62,848 nucleotides of DNA, taken from NCBI GenBank assembly GCA_964533145.1, contig CAZHLG010000001.1, positions 1 to 62,848 of the forward strand, given 5' to 3'. Under the pieces are notes generated by a model. That model saw only the letters and a list, made by a program, of their open reading frames with translations. It had not been told where the DNA came from and ran no database searches. Positions 24,738 to 32,647 of this stretch are shown one piece after another; the stretch's first letter is position 1; every line of letters begins with the position of its first letter. Both the position numbers and the translations under genes were made by a program. Source of the DNA: an uncultured Candidatus Saccharibacteria bacterium. Lineage in GTDB: Bacteria > Patescibacteriota > Minisyncoccia > Phycocordibacterales > UBA9973.

Positions 24738-25961
24738 ATGAAAAAAATCACTCCGAAACTTATCGCGGTCCTCGCCTCGTTCGGGCTCATGTTCGGACTG
24801 TTCGCGCTCGGCATGTATGTCGGCTCGCACCGCCAGCCGGCGCCGGCTGTCATAACCGGAATCGATAATGCGGCTGTGCCTGATGGCGCAGGCGCCGATT
24901 TTGCGCCGTTCTGGAAAGTATGGAGTCTGATCGATCAGAAATATCCCGGAGCGGACAAGGTCACTGCGCAGGCGCGCGTGTACGGAGCGATTCAAGGTCT
25001 GGTATCTTCGCTCGGCGATCCGTATTCCGTATATTTCCCGCCTCAGGATTCAAAAGACTTTCATGATACCGTGAATGGCAGTTTTGACGGCATCGGCATG
25101 GAGGTCGGACTCAAGGACAAAGTGCTCACAGTGATCGCTCCGCTCAAGGATACGCCTGCCGCCGCCGCCGGCATCCGCGCCGGCGACAAGATCCTGAAGA
25201 TCGACGATAAGACTACGACTGACATGACCATCGAAGAGGCGGTGTCGCTCATTCGCGGGCCGCGAGGGACCCAGGTGTCGCTCATGCTCTACCACGACGG
25301 CGCGGCCCGCCCCGAGACGCTGTCGGTCACACGCGACACGATCGAGATTCCGACGCTCGACACGGAGCTTCGGGATGACGGCGTGTTCGTCATATCGCTC
25401 TACAATTTCAGCGCGTCGTCCGCCCGGCTTATGGAGCGGGCACTCAGGCAGTTCCAGGCAAGCGGCTCGCATTCGCTCGTCATCGACTTGCGCGGTAATC
25501 CGGGCGGGTATCTTGAATCGGCTGTCGATATGGCGAGTTTTTTCCTTCCCGAGGGTGATCTCGTCGTGACCGAGGATTTCGGAGCGAACGGCGAACCAGA
25601 AACGTACCGCAGCCGCGGCTACGATCTGATCGATACTCGCGGGCTCAAGATCGCCATACTCGCGGATCGCGGTTCGGCCTCAGCTTCGGAGATCCTTGCC
25701 GGCGCGCTTCAGCAGCACGGCGTCGCAAAGATCATCGGTGAGACCACCTATGGAAAAGGTTCCGTGCAGGAACTCATCGACGTCACTAAGGACACTTCGG
25801 TCAAGATCACTGTCGCAAAATGGCTTACTCCTGACGGCACTTCGATCTCCGAACATGGCATTGACCCGGATATCCCGGTCTCTGTGACTGACGCCGACAT
25901 CGAAGCGCATCGCGACGCCGTCCTTATGCGGGCCGTACAGTACCTCAAAGCAGGTTCGTGA
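24738..25961 (+). CDS. ctpA: S41 family C-terminal processing peptidase with PDZ domain
   Basis: PDZ segment (AAGIRAGDKILKIDD) plus DLRGNPGGYL and ASASEILAGALQ motifs. Confidence 0.9.
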   Translation: MKKITPKLIAVLASFGLMFGLFALGMYVGSHRQPAPAVITGIDNAAVPDGAGADFAPFWKVWSLIDQKYPGADKVTAQARVYGAIQGLVSSLGDPYSVYFPPQDSKDFHDTVNGSFDGIGMEVGLKDKVLTVIAPLKDTPAAAAGIRAGDKILKIDDKTTTDMTIEEAVSLIRGPRGTQVSLMLYHDGAARPETLSVTRDTIEIPTLDTELRDDGVFVISLYNFSASSARLMERALRQFQASGSHSLVIDLRGNPGGYLESAVDMASFFLPEGDLVVTEDFGANGEPETYRSRGYDLIDTRGLKIAILADRGSASASEILAGALQQHGVAKIIGETTYGKGSVQELIDVTKDTSVKITVAKWLTPDGTSISEHGIDPDIPVSVTDADIEAHRDAVLMRAVQYLKAGS

Positions 25962-26003
25962 TCGGACCATGACATTTTGGCTCGGGCGGGGTAGTATGGA
26001 GGT

Positions 26004-26447
26004 ATGAAGGTCATTTTCCTCAAAAACGTCCCCAAGGTCGGAAAAATCAACGAAATCAAGGATCAGCCGGACGGATACGTGCGCAATTTCCTGCTGCCGA
26101 AAGGTCTTGCCGTCATCGCCACTCCTGAGGCCATAAAAAAACTGGAGCAGTCGCAGACAAACATCCGTGTGAGCAGGGAAGTGCAGACCGATCTTCTGCG
26201 CAAGAACATCGCTGCCATAGAGGGTATGCGAGTGACTATTGCCGCAAAGGCAAACAGCCAAGGTCATTTGTTCAAGGCCGTGCATGAGAAGGATATCGTC
26301 GAGGCGCTTTCGCGCGAGCATAAGGCGAACATCGGCGCTGAATTCGTGAAGCTTGCCGCGCCGATCAAAGAAACAGGCGAGCATGCCGTTGCGATCGAGG
26401 CGCTCGGCGTGCGGGAAACGATCATCGTTGACGTGCGCTCCGCATAG
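26004..26447 (+). CDS. rplI: 50S ribosomal protein L9
   Basis: Sequence begins [44 protein letters not shown] is present. Confidence 0.95.
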   Translation: MKVIFLKNVPKVGKINEIKDQPDGYVRNFLLPKGLAVIATPEAIKKLEQSQTNIRVSREVQTDLLRKNIAAIEGMRVTIAAKANSQGHLFKAVHEKDIVEALSREHKANIGAEFVKLAAPIKETGEHAVAIEALGVRETIIVDVRSA

Positions 26448-26451
26448 CCAT

Positions 26452-27666
26452 ATGAGTCTGCGCTCGAAGCTGTTCGACGTGCGAGAGATTCCGTATGGTT
26501 CGCGCGTCGTGACGAGCGTCGTGGCGCTGTATTGGGTTGGCTGGGGTTTTGCCGAGTCTTTGATTCCCGTGCTGCTGTTCCGGTTCGGCGGCTCGTTCGC
26601 CGGAGCGGGCATTCTCCGTTCCGTGTATGACATCGCTTTCATCATCGCGATGCCGCTTGTCGGATTGTATGCCGACAAATTCCGCGCGACTTCGCTGCTC
26701 CTGCTCGGCCTGTGGATGTATGTGTTCATCGGATCGAGCTATTTCCTCGCGGGAGCGACTGGGTTGGTCGTGTTCATCGTCCTCGCCCGGTTCGTGAACG
26801 GCGTCTCCTTTTCGCTGGTGTCCGTCGGCAGAGAGGCTTTTTTCCGCAGGCATTCTCCCGCTTCTAAGCTCGGGACGGTCTTCGGCTATTTTGATACAGT
26901 GGCGAACCTTGCGTGGATAGCGGCAGCCGTGGCCGGCATTTGGCTCGTGCGCATTCTGCCGGTGCATTATCTGCTGCTGCTCGTCGCTCCGGCCGCGCTC
27001 GGATCGATCCTCCTGCTCATGCGTTTTCGCAGGGACACGAAGCGCAACCCTGTCTTGGAGCACCGCGGGACCGGCCAGCTTCGCGAGCTTTTCATGGAGA
27101 TTCGGGGGTTCAACCCGAAACTGCGCTTTTTGGCGATGTTCAACTTTTTTGCCGCGTTCGGAAGTGCCGTAGTCACGTTCTTCGTTCCGCTCGAAGCGTT
27201 CGTGGACGGCGCCTCGTATACTGTCGTCATTCTCGCCGGCATTGCCTCTGCCGTTCCGCCGGCGTTCGGATGGCTGCTCGGCAGATTGTATGACCGTGTC
27301 GGCTACCGCGTGCTCGGTCTTGCCATGGTCTGTTTCGGTCTTGTCGTCTCAACGCTGGCGATATTCGACAGTTTTGCCTGGAAAATCGCGCTCTGCCTCA
27401 TTGTCGGATTTTTGGTCGAACTGCTCTCGATTGGCTGGCGCGAGGTCGCGACGATGCATACGCATCCGGACCATTACGGCAAGATGGACGGTATATTTAA
27501 AAGTGTCGCCGATGTGGGTGCGCTTCTCGGACCGATCGTCGCCGGCCTTGCCATCGACCGTGTCGGCGGACATGCGATGTTCGGCCTGCTCGGCCTCCTG
27601 CTGACCGTGTTCGGCGTCATGTTCAAGATCATGTTCAAACTGTCCCGTCGGCAGCGAGCATTTTGA
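26452..27666 (+). CDS. MFS transporter
   Basis: 12-TM-like profile. Start is ATG 26452 (MSLRSKLF), because the track ORF's 5' extension overlaps rplI. Confidence 0.8.
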   Translation: MSLRSKLFDVREIPYGSRVVTSVVALYWVGWGFAESLIPVLLFRFGGSFAGAGILRSVYDIAFIIAMPLVGLYADKFRATSLLLLGLWMYVFIGSSYFLAGATGLVVFIVLARFVNGVSFSLVSVGREAFFRRHSPASKLGTVFGYFDTVANLAWIAAAVAGIWLVRILPVHYLLLLVAPAALGSILLLMRFRRDTKRNPVLEHRGTGQLRELFMEIRGFNPKLRFLAMFNFFAAFGSAVVTFFVPLEAFVDGASYTVVILAGIASAVPPAFGWLLGRLYDRVGYRVLGLAMVCFGLVVSTLAIFDSFAWKIALCLIVGFLVELLSIGWREVATMHTHPDHYGKMDGIFKSVADVGALLGPIVAGLAIDRVGGHAMFGLLGLLLTVFGVMFKIMFKLSRRQRAF

Positions 27667-27670
27667 GAAA

Positions 27671-27714
27671 CTACGAAAAGCGCCGCGACAAGAATGTCGC
27701 GGCGCTTTTCGTAG
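27671..27714. terminator. Bidirectional terminator between the convergent MFS gene and rpmA
   Basis: Sequence ctacgaaaagcgccgcgac-aagaat-gtcgcggcgcttttcgtag. Confidence 0.85.
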
Positions 27715-27723
27715 TGGGCGAGC

Positions 27724-27996
27724 TTAGTCGACGTGGACGATCTTGCGGACCGTCTTGGTGCCGTCGTAGTTGACCTTGCGCTTGTCGGCAAAAGAGACGA
27801 CGCCGTCCTTGACCGCAAAGAGCGTGTGGTCCTTGGCGACCTTGACGTTGCGGCCTGCCATGATCGCCGTGCCGCGCTGGCGGACGATGATCGAGCCCGT
27901 CTGGGCCTTCTCTCCGGCATAGAGTTTCGTGCCGAGATATTTCGGATTGGAGTCCTTGAGGTTTCTGGCTGTACCGCCAGCTTTACGATGTGCCAT
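27724..27996 (-). CDS. rpmA: 50S ribosomal protein L27
   Basis: Sequence begins MAHRKAGGTARNLKDSNPKYLGTKLYAGE..IIVRQRGT. Confidence 0.96.
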   Translation of the reverse strand: MAHRKAGGTARNLKDSNPKYLGTKLYAGEKAQTGSIIVRQRGTAIMAGRNVKVAKDHTLFAVKDGVVSFADKRKVNYDGTKTVRKIVHVD

Positions 27997-28020
27997 ATGG
28001 TTATTCCGCCGTTAGTGCTA

Positions 28021-28026
28021 TATAAT
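28021..28026 (+). promoter_or_regulatory. -10 box TATAAT, 8 nt before the ATG at 28035
   Basis: Sequence reads gtgctaTATAATtaacgtgaATG. Confidence 0.5.
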
Positions 28027-28034
28027 TAACGTGA

Positions 28035-28469
28035 ATGAGTATACATGATTTGGCCAGAAAAATCAAGGGGATCGGGGAGGGGAGCTTGGCCTCGATTCGG
28101 ACCCGTTCAAAAACCCTTGCCTTTCTTGGCGTTCTGGTCGGAACGGCCGGAATTTCGTTCGGTACGGGCTATGCGGCCCGGGCAGAGAGTCATACGGAGC
28201 CGCTGGTGGCCATAGAGTGCCCCCTTGAGGCATATATGGACGCTCGGGCGTATGCGGCCGGCGCGGCAGCGTCATCGGCCATATCCGCGGCTTCTGCCGC
28301 GCCGGCCGGCTCTTCGTCCAAATCGTATGTTGCCTCAAAAAACGGCACAAAATACTATCCTGCTGCCTGCTCTGGAGCCAACCGCATCAAAGAAGAAAAC
28401 CGGGTGTATTTCGATACGAAAGAAGCGGCCGAACGTGCCGGGTACGGAGCCTCAAGCACGTGCAAATAA
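28035..28469 (+). CDS. Membrane-anchored protein with a C-terminal 'sunset'/Ada-metal-binding-like domain
   Basis: The C-terminus KYYPAACSGANRIKEENRVYFDTKEAAERAGY..STC matches the Y-H/Y-x-P-x-C..F.S..EA..AGY..C pattern. Confidence 0.65.
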   Translation: MSIHDLARKIKGIGEGSLASIRTRSKTLAFLGVLVGTAGISFGTGYAARAESHTEPLVAIECPLEAYMDARAYAAGAAASSAISAASAAPAGSSSKSYVASKNGTKYYPAACSGANRIKEENRVYFDTKEAAERAGYGASSTCK

Positions 28470-28481
28470 TTTGCAACAGCC

Positions 28482-29450
28482 ATGCGAAGCCTCATCAATC
28501 TCATAACGCTCGTCCTTGTCGTCGCAGCGACGGCATTCTTTGTCCGCAATCCGATGGCTCAGTTGAGGGCGCTGGCAGATAGTATGTCCGGCCCGCTTGG
28601 CTCCTTCGGCGAGTTCGTGTCTGGCACCGGGGCGCCGTCGCTTCCGTTGCCTGGAGCAGGAGACGGTTCGGCCGTACGGAACGTCATCCAGAAGATCATC
28701 ACCGATGTACCTTCCGTGCATACTCTTTCGGAAACCATTGATCTTGGAGGCACTGCTGCCGGCCAACCGTCTTCGCTTGCAGTGGGTCCGCTCAGCGCTG
28801 CAGGCATCATCGCAGCCTCGAATATGGAACGCTCAAAGAGTTCGCTCAAGCCGCTGGCAGAATCCGCACAGTTGGATGCCTCCGCGCAGGCAAAGGCAAA
28901 CGACATGCTGGCGCGCCAGTATTTTGAGCACGAATCGCCGGACGGGCGTTCCGTCGACGATCTTGCTGCGGACCAAAAATACGCGTACCTCAAGATCGGC
29001 GAGAATCTGGCGCTCGGTCTTTTTGAAAACGACGCCGCGCTTGTTTCGGAGTGGATGGCAAGCCCCGGTCATCGGGCCAACATCATGGACGGCGGCTATA
29101 CGGAGATCGGTATCGGCATCGCTCACGGCATATATCAGGGTCGCAGCGCGTATCTCGTCGTGCAGCATTTCGGTACGTCCCGCTCGGCGTGTCCCGCCGT
29201 CGACGGTTCCCTGAAGGCTCAGGTTGAGGCAGGGCAGGCGACCCTCATGAATATCGAGGAGTCACTCGCCCGGCTCAAAAACGAAATCGACCGGGGGACT
29301 GCCGCCGGAAGCGTCGTGAACGGTCTCATCGATATCTACAACCAAGGAATCGATTCATACGAGGCAAAATATTCTTCCGTTGAAAATATTCGGGCGACAT
29401 ATAATGCGCAGGTGGCATCGTTCAACGCGTGCGTGCAGTCCGTCCGGTAG
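28482..29450 (+). CDS. CAP (SCP/PR1-like) domain secreted protein
   Basis: N-terminal TM plus YFEHESPDG.., GENLALG, WMASPGHRANIMDGGYTEIGIG motifs. Confidence 0.85.
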   Translation: MRSLINLITLVLVVAATAFFVRNPMAQLRALADSMSGPLGSFGEFVSGTGAPSLPLPGAGDGSAVRNVIQKIITDVPSVHTLSETIDLGGTAAGQPSSLAVGPLSAAGIIAASNMERSKSSLKPLAESAQLDASAQAKANDMLARQYFEHESPDGRSVDDLAADQKYAYLKIGENLALGLFENDAALVSEWMASPGHRANIMDGGYTEIGIGIAHGIYQGRSAYLVVQHFGTSRSACPAVDGSLKAQVEAGQATLMNIEESLARLKNEIDRGTAAGSVVNGLIDIYNQGIDSYEAKYSSVENIRATYNAQVASFNACVQSVR

Positions 29451-29608
29451 GCCTTGAGGGAAGTACTTTTGGAATATATGGTAACGTCGCACAATATATC
29501 TTTTGCGACACTAATAATAAAATACGCTTTTAAAACAAAGCGTTTGATATAATCGCGTCGTGACCCTGCGCGACACAATTCCCTGTTTTGTTTGAATATA
29601 AAAAATGC

Positions 29609-30373
29609 ATGGCAGCACGAATATCAAAAACAATTCCCTCGCCGACGCCGGCATGTGAACTCACGGCTCGTTCGGTTGTCGGTGCGCTCAAGAAGCATGC
29701 ATCTCCGACCAAGGCCAAAACCTCGGCGCGGTTCTTTAAGACCGGACCTGGCGAGTACGGTCACGGCGATCGCTTCATTGGAGTCACGGTGCCCGAACAG
29801 CGCCTGGTGGCGCGCACGCATCGCGGTTTACCGCTTGCCGAGATCGAAGTGCTGCTCGAGAGCCGCACGCATGAGTATCGGCTCACCGGACTCCATATCC
29901 TTGTCGCTGCATTTCGTTCCGCTTCGGCTTATGGTCGGTCGGTCATTGCCGGATGGTATATGGCGCATCTTAGCCGCGTCAACAACTGGGATCTTGTGGA
30001 TTCTTCGGCGCCGTACATACTCGGAGAATATCTTTCGGACAAAGACCGTGCGCCGTTGTATCGGCTGGTAACGTCGGAAAATATTTGGGAGCGGCGAGTC
30101 GCGATGGTCGCTACGTATGCTTTCATACGGAAGAACGAGTTTGCTGATGCCTGCGCGATTGCAGCCTTGCTTCTCGACGACCGCCACGACCTCATGCACA
30201 AAGCCGTCGGCTGGATGCTCCGCGAGGTCGGCAAGCGTTCTCCGCGCGCGCTCGCCTCATTTCTGAAGAAGAATGGACATCGGATGCCGCGCACTTCCCT
30301 GCGGTGCGCCATCGAACGACTCGGTCCTGAAGAGCGGCGCAGGTGGATGTCCGTCAAAGCACGAACATCTTGA
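29609..30373 (+). CDS. alkD: DNA alkylation repair protein (AlkD-like HEAT-repeat glycosylase family)
   Basis: Motifs ARFFKTGPGEYGHGDRFIGV, WDLVD, WERRVAMV, GWMLRE. Start is taken at ATG 29609. Confidence 0.85.
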   Translation: MAARISKTIPSPTPACELTARSVVGALKKHASPTKAKTSARFFKTGPGEYGHGDRFIGVTVPEQRLVARTHRGLPLAEIEVLLESRTHEYRLTGLHILVAAFRSASAYGRSVIAGWYMAHLSRVNNWDLVDSSAPYILGEYLSDKDRAPLYRLVTSENIWERRVAMVATYAFIRKNEFADACAIAALLLDDRHDLMHKAVGWMLREVGKRSPRALASFLKKNGHRMPRTSLRCAIERLGPEERRRWMSVKARTS

Positions 30374-30890
30374 GCGATTCCCTGATCCGCTCGTAGTCCG
30401 GGATCGTTTCTGCCACAAGCCGCCAAAAGGACGCTCTGTGGTGCATATGCCGGGTATGGCAGAGTTCGTGCACGATGATGTAGTCAGCTTGTTCCGGCGA
30501 GACATACAAAATTTTGTAGTTGAACGAAAGGTTCTTTTTCGAGGAGCAGCTTCCCCATCGCGATCGCTGGGATTTGATGCTTACGGAACCATAGCTGAAG
30601 CCGTACTGTCGGCCGTAGTATGCGAGCCGCTCGTGGACAAGCGCGCGGGCGGCTTCTTTGCGGGAGAGATAATCCGCTCTCGGTTTTGCAAGAGATATGA
30701 CGGGCCGGCGAGCGAAATCGGCGAGTTTGCGTTCGATCCAGGGCTGCTGCATGCCCAGGAATCGCTCGATATGCGCATCTGTGGCAGTAAGCGGTTTGGT
30801 GACGACTACACGGCCGTCCCGGTGCACCGTCACGCGCACGCCGCGCGATCTGCGCGAACTCTTGATCTCGTATTTATGCAGCAAGGACAT
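30354..30890 (-). CDS. DUF45/YgjP-like HExxH zinc metallopeptidase (M48/SprT-like fold)
   Basis: Motif IIVHELCHTRHMHH, with RWGSCS upstream. Start is ATG 30890 (MSLLHKYEIK). Confidence 0.85.
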   Translation of the reverse strand: MSLLHKYEIKSSRRSRGVRVTVHRDGRVVVTKPLTATDAHIERFLGMQQPWIERKLADFARRPVISLAKPRADYLSRKEAARALVHERLAYYGRQYGFSYGSVSIKSQRSRWGSCSSKKNLSFNYKILYVSPEQADYIIVHELCHTRHMHHRASFWRLVAETIPDYERIRESLKMFVL

Positions 30891-31341
30891 CGGTGATGTA
30901 TGCAAAATGCTTTTCCGAGACTGGCTGCACGGAAAGCCTCGAGCCGCGTTCGCGCACGGCCATGCCGGCAAGGTTCGGGTCGTTCTTGATCTTGGCGAGC
31001 GTGATCGGCGTTTTGAATTTTTTTACGAAGGCCATGTCCACACAGGCCCAGATCGGCATACCCTCCGTTGCTTTGGGGTCGTAATGGTCGTCCGTGCGGT
31101 CAAATTGCGTATCGTCTGGATGTGCGCTGCTGGCGACTTTGGCGATGCCATATATGCCGGCTGGCGCGGCGTCTGTGCCGTTGGAGTGATAAAAAAGCGC
31201 ACGGTCGCCAGGACGCATGTCGTCACGCATGAAATTCCGTGCCTGATAGTTGCGAATGCCGCTCCAAGCTGTTTTCTTGTCTCGCTTGAGGTCGTCGATC
31301 GAATAGCACTCAGCTTCGCTTTTGATCAGCCAGTATCGCAT
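30874..31341 (-). CDS. EVE (PUA-like) domain protein
   Basis: Sequence MRYWLIKSEAECYSIDDL..WSGIRNYQARNFMRDDMRPGDRALFYHSN. Confidence 0.88.
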   Translation of the reverse strand: MRYWLIKSEAECYSIDDLKRDKKTAWSGIRNYQARNFMRDDMRPGDRALFYHSNGTDAAPAGIYGIAKVASSAHPDDTQFDRTDDHYDPKATEGMPIWACVDMAFVKKFKTPITLAKIKNDPNLAGMAVRERGSRLSVQPVSEKHFAYITDVLAA

Positions 31342-31347
31342 GGGCGC

Positions 31348-31353
31348 AGTATA
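31348..31353 (-). promoter_or_regulatory. Extended -10 TGcTATACT (minus strand), 6 nt before the EVE ATG at 31341
   Basis: Reverse complement reads cttgcTATACTgcgcccATG. Confidence 0.5.
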
Positions 31354-31361
31354 GCAAGGGT

Positions 31362-31401
31362 GGCCAAAATTAAAAGCGGCTCCGTATGGTACGGAGCCGC
31401 T
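31362..31401 (-). terminator. Intrinsic terminator (minus strand) after the 101-aa gene
   Basis: Reverse complement agcggctccgta-cca-tacggagccgct followed by tttaattttgg. Confidence 0.8.
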
Positions 31402-31415
31402 GTGTGGTCAGGCAT

Positions 31416-31721
31416 TCATGCCGCAGCTGGCAGGTATGTCATGCATAGTTCCTGGATGAGCCGCAGACGAGGCAGTGTCGGATACTCGGACATCTCGTGC
31501 AGTCTTTTTCTGATGTGTTCGCGGATGCGATCGAGTTTTTCTTTGGTCCGGTTGCTGTTCAAGACGTCTGTATTCGCGGTTTGACGAACGCGAGCATGTT
31601 GCCGCATGAGGTGGCCTTCGCGGTGCATCAAAAATCCTATCTGACAAAGCAGGTGGGATTCTCTTTCGGTGAGTACGGCATCTTTGAGCGGGAGACGGTT
31701 GCTGTTGATTGTGGTTTGCAT
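31416..31721 (-). CDS. Hypothetical protein (101 aa) with its own strong promoter
   Basis: ORF lies between the promoter at 31737-31764 and the terminator at 31362-31401. No motif recognised. Confidence 0.55.
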   Translation of the reverse strand: MQTTINSNRLPLKDAVLTERESHLLCQIGFLMHREGHLMRQHARVRQTANTDVLNSNRTKEKLDRIREHIRKRLHEMSEYPTLPRLRLIQELCMTYLPAAA

Positions 31722-31736
31722 GGTACGTTTTTATTT

Positions 31737-31764
31737 ATTGTAACATATCATACAAAAAAGTCAA
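31737..31764 (-). promoter_or_regulatory. Sigma70-like promoter TTGACT-16-TACAAT (minus strand)
   Basis: The -35 box lies at 31759-31764 (abutting the lexA stop codon) and the -10 box at 31737-31742. Confidence 0.65.
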
Positions 31765-32331
31765 TTAATATTTTCGGACGACTCCGCGGACGATGGCGCG
31801 GATCTTGAGTTCCCGTTGAGGATAAATAGGCTGGAAGTCTTTGTTCGCTGGTTCAAGCCAAGCCCGCTCCCCTGCCTTGCGCAGGTATTTCATGGTGAAT
31901 TCCCCGTCGACTTCTGCGATGACGATATCTCCGTCGCGGGCAGTTTCAGATCGTTCGGCGATGACGAGGTCTCCGTCGGCGATATGGGCGTCGATCATGG
32001 AGTCTCCGTCGACCTCGAGGAGGTAGGTGGAATCTTTTTTGCGTATGAGAAAATTGTCGAGGTTGATGGTCGTCTCCACGAGCGTGTCCGCTTCTGCGGG
32101 AAAACCTGCCTTCACCAGGCCGAGGAGCGGTGTCTCGGTGAGTGCCGCTGTCGGCAGGAGTCTGCCAAGCGAGTCTTTTTCGACAAGGCCTGCATCCATG
32201 AGTTTTTCGACGAGCCGATACACGGCGTTCTTGGATCGATAGCCGAAAAGCGCCATCATCTCGGAGTATGACGGCATGCGCTTTTCGGACGCGTGGAAAC
32301 GGACAAGCGTTGCTTTGTAGTCTGCTTCCAT
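31765..32331 (-). CDS. lexA: LexA repressor (wHTH plus S24 autopeptidase)
   Basis: N-terminal wHTH (YRSKNAVYRLVEKLMDAGLV). The S24 core has VDGDSMIDAHIADGDLVIAE and a later K in the MKYLRK region. Confidence 0.92.
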   Translation of the reverse strand: MEADYKATLVRFHASEKRMPSYSEMMALFGYRSKNAVYRLVEKLMDAGLVEKDSLGRLLPTAALTETPLLGLVKAGFPAEADTLVETTINLDNFLIRKKDSTYLLEVDGDSMIDAHIADGDLVIAERSETARDGDIVIAEVDGEFTMKYLRKAGERAWLEPANKDFQPIYPQRELKIRAIVRGVVRKY

Positions 32332-32333
32332 GG

Positions 32334-32534
32334 CTAGCGGAATTGAAACATCGAAGGCATGAATCGCGCGAAGATGCTCGGCCTGCCGGCTATCTGGCGT
32401 ATTTTCCGAAGAAGGAGTTTATGGTCCCGGGATTCTTTGTAGTACGTTTCTCCACGGAGGATTTTTTCGTCGATCTTCTTGTTGAGGAGATGAATCTCCC
32501 GCTCGAGCAATTTGAGATACTGTTGGCGCGACAT
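32334..32534 (-). CDS. Small coiled-coil protein (66 aa), first gene of the lexA operon
   Basis: Its stop codon lies 2 nt before the lexA ATG, and it sits downstream of the LexA box and promoter. Confidence 0.55.
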   Translation of the reverse strand: MSRQQYLKLLEREIHLLNKKIDEKILRGETYYKESRDHKLLLRKIRQIAGRPSIFARFMPSMFQFR

Positions 32535-32592
32535 ATGCTTGCTTCGTTTTCCTTATAATTTCTTTATTTCTTCTGTGCGACCTTGTGCATAC

Positions 32593-32598
32593 AGTATA
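32593..32598 (-). promoter_or_regulatory. -10 box TATACT (minus strand) of the small-ORF-lexA operon
   Basis: Reverse complement reads GTTCACaTATACTgt. Confidence 0.5.
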
Positions 32599-32599
32599 T

Positions 32600-32615
32600 G
32601 TGAACGATTGTTCAC
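32600..32615. promoter_or_regulatory. LexA (SOS) box, Cheo type: GTGAAC-GATT-GTTCAC
   Basis: A perfect 6-4-6 palindrome containing GAAC-N4-GTTC, 1 nt from the -10 hexamer. Confidence 0.8.
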
Positions 32616-32647
32616 ATGCAAGAGGTGTGTGTGGAAAACCTTCCTTC

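Noticed and set aside
23001-24995. 664-aa ORF on the minus strand, the longest unexplained ORF in the track.
   Set aside because: It runs antisense to rsmI, the 76-aa gene, the 378-aa gene and ctpA. Its translation is Arg/His/Gly/Asp-rich low-information sequence with no motifs. This is a typical high-GC antisense artefact, and the plus-strand genes have clear motifs.
26353-26451. 5' extensions in the ORF track. The affected ORFs are MFS 26353, dnaK 12054, alaS 1116, murG 43553, ftsW 44919, the DD-carboxypeptidase 48003, the histidine kinase 62170, corA 57725 and cysS 58708.
   Set aside because: The extensions overlap upstream genes or terminators, are Arg/Ser/Pro-rich, and internal ATGs coincide with conserved N-termini and with -10 boxes 6-9 nt upstream. 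The starts were moved accordingly.
29451-29608. 158-nt AT-rich spacer before alkD, with several short hairpins (gtcgca..tgcgac, acgcttt..aaagcgt), considered as a possible ncRNA.
   Set aside because: The hairpins are short, there is no U-tract or promoter/terminator pairing, and the spacer contains plausible promoter elements (TTGATATAAT, TATAAA). It is most simply a promoter/terminator spacer between CAP and alkD.
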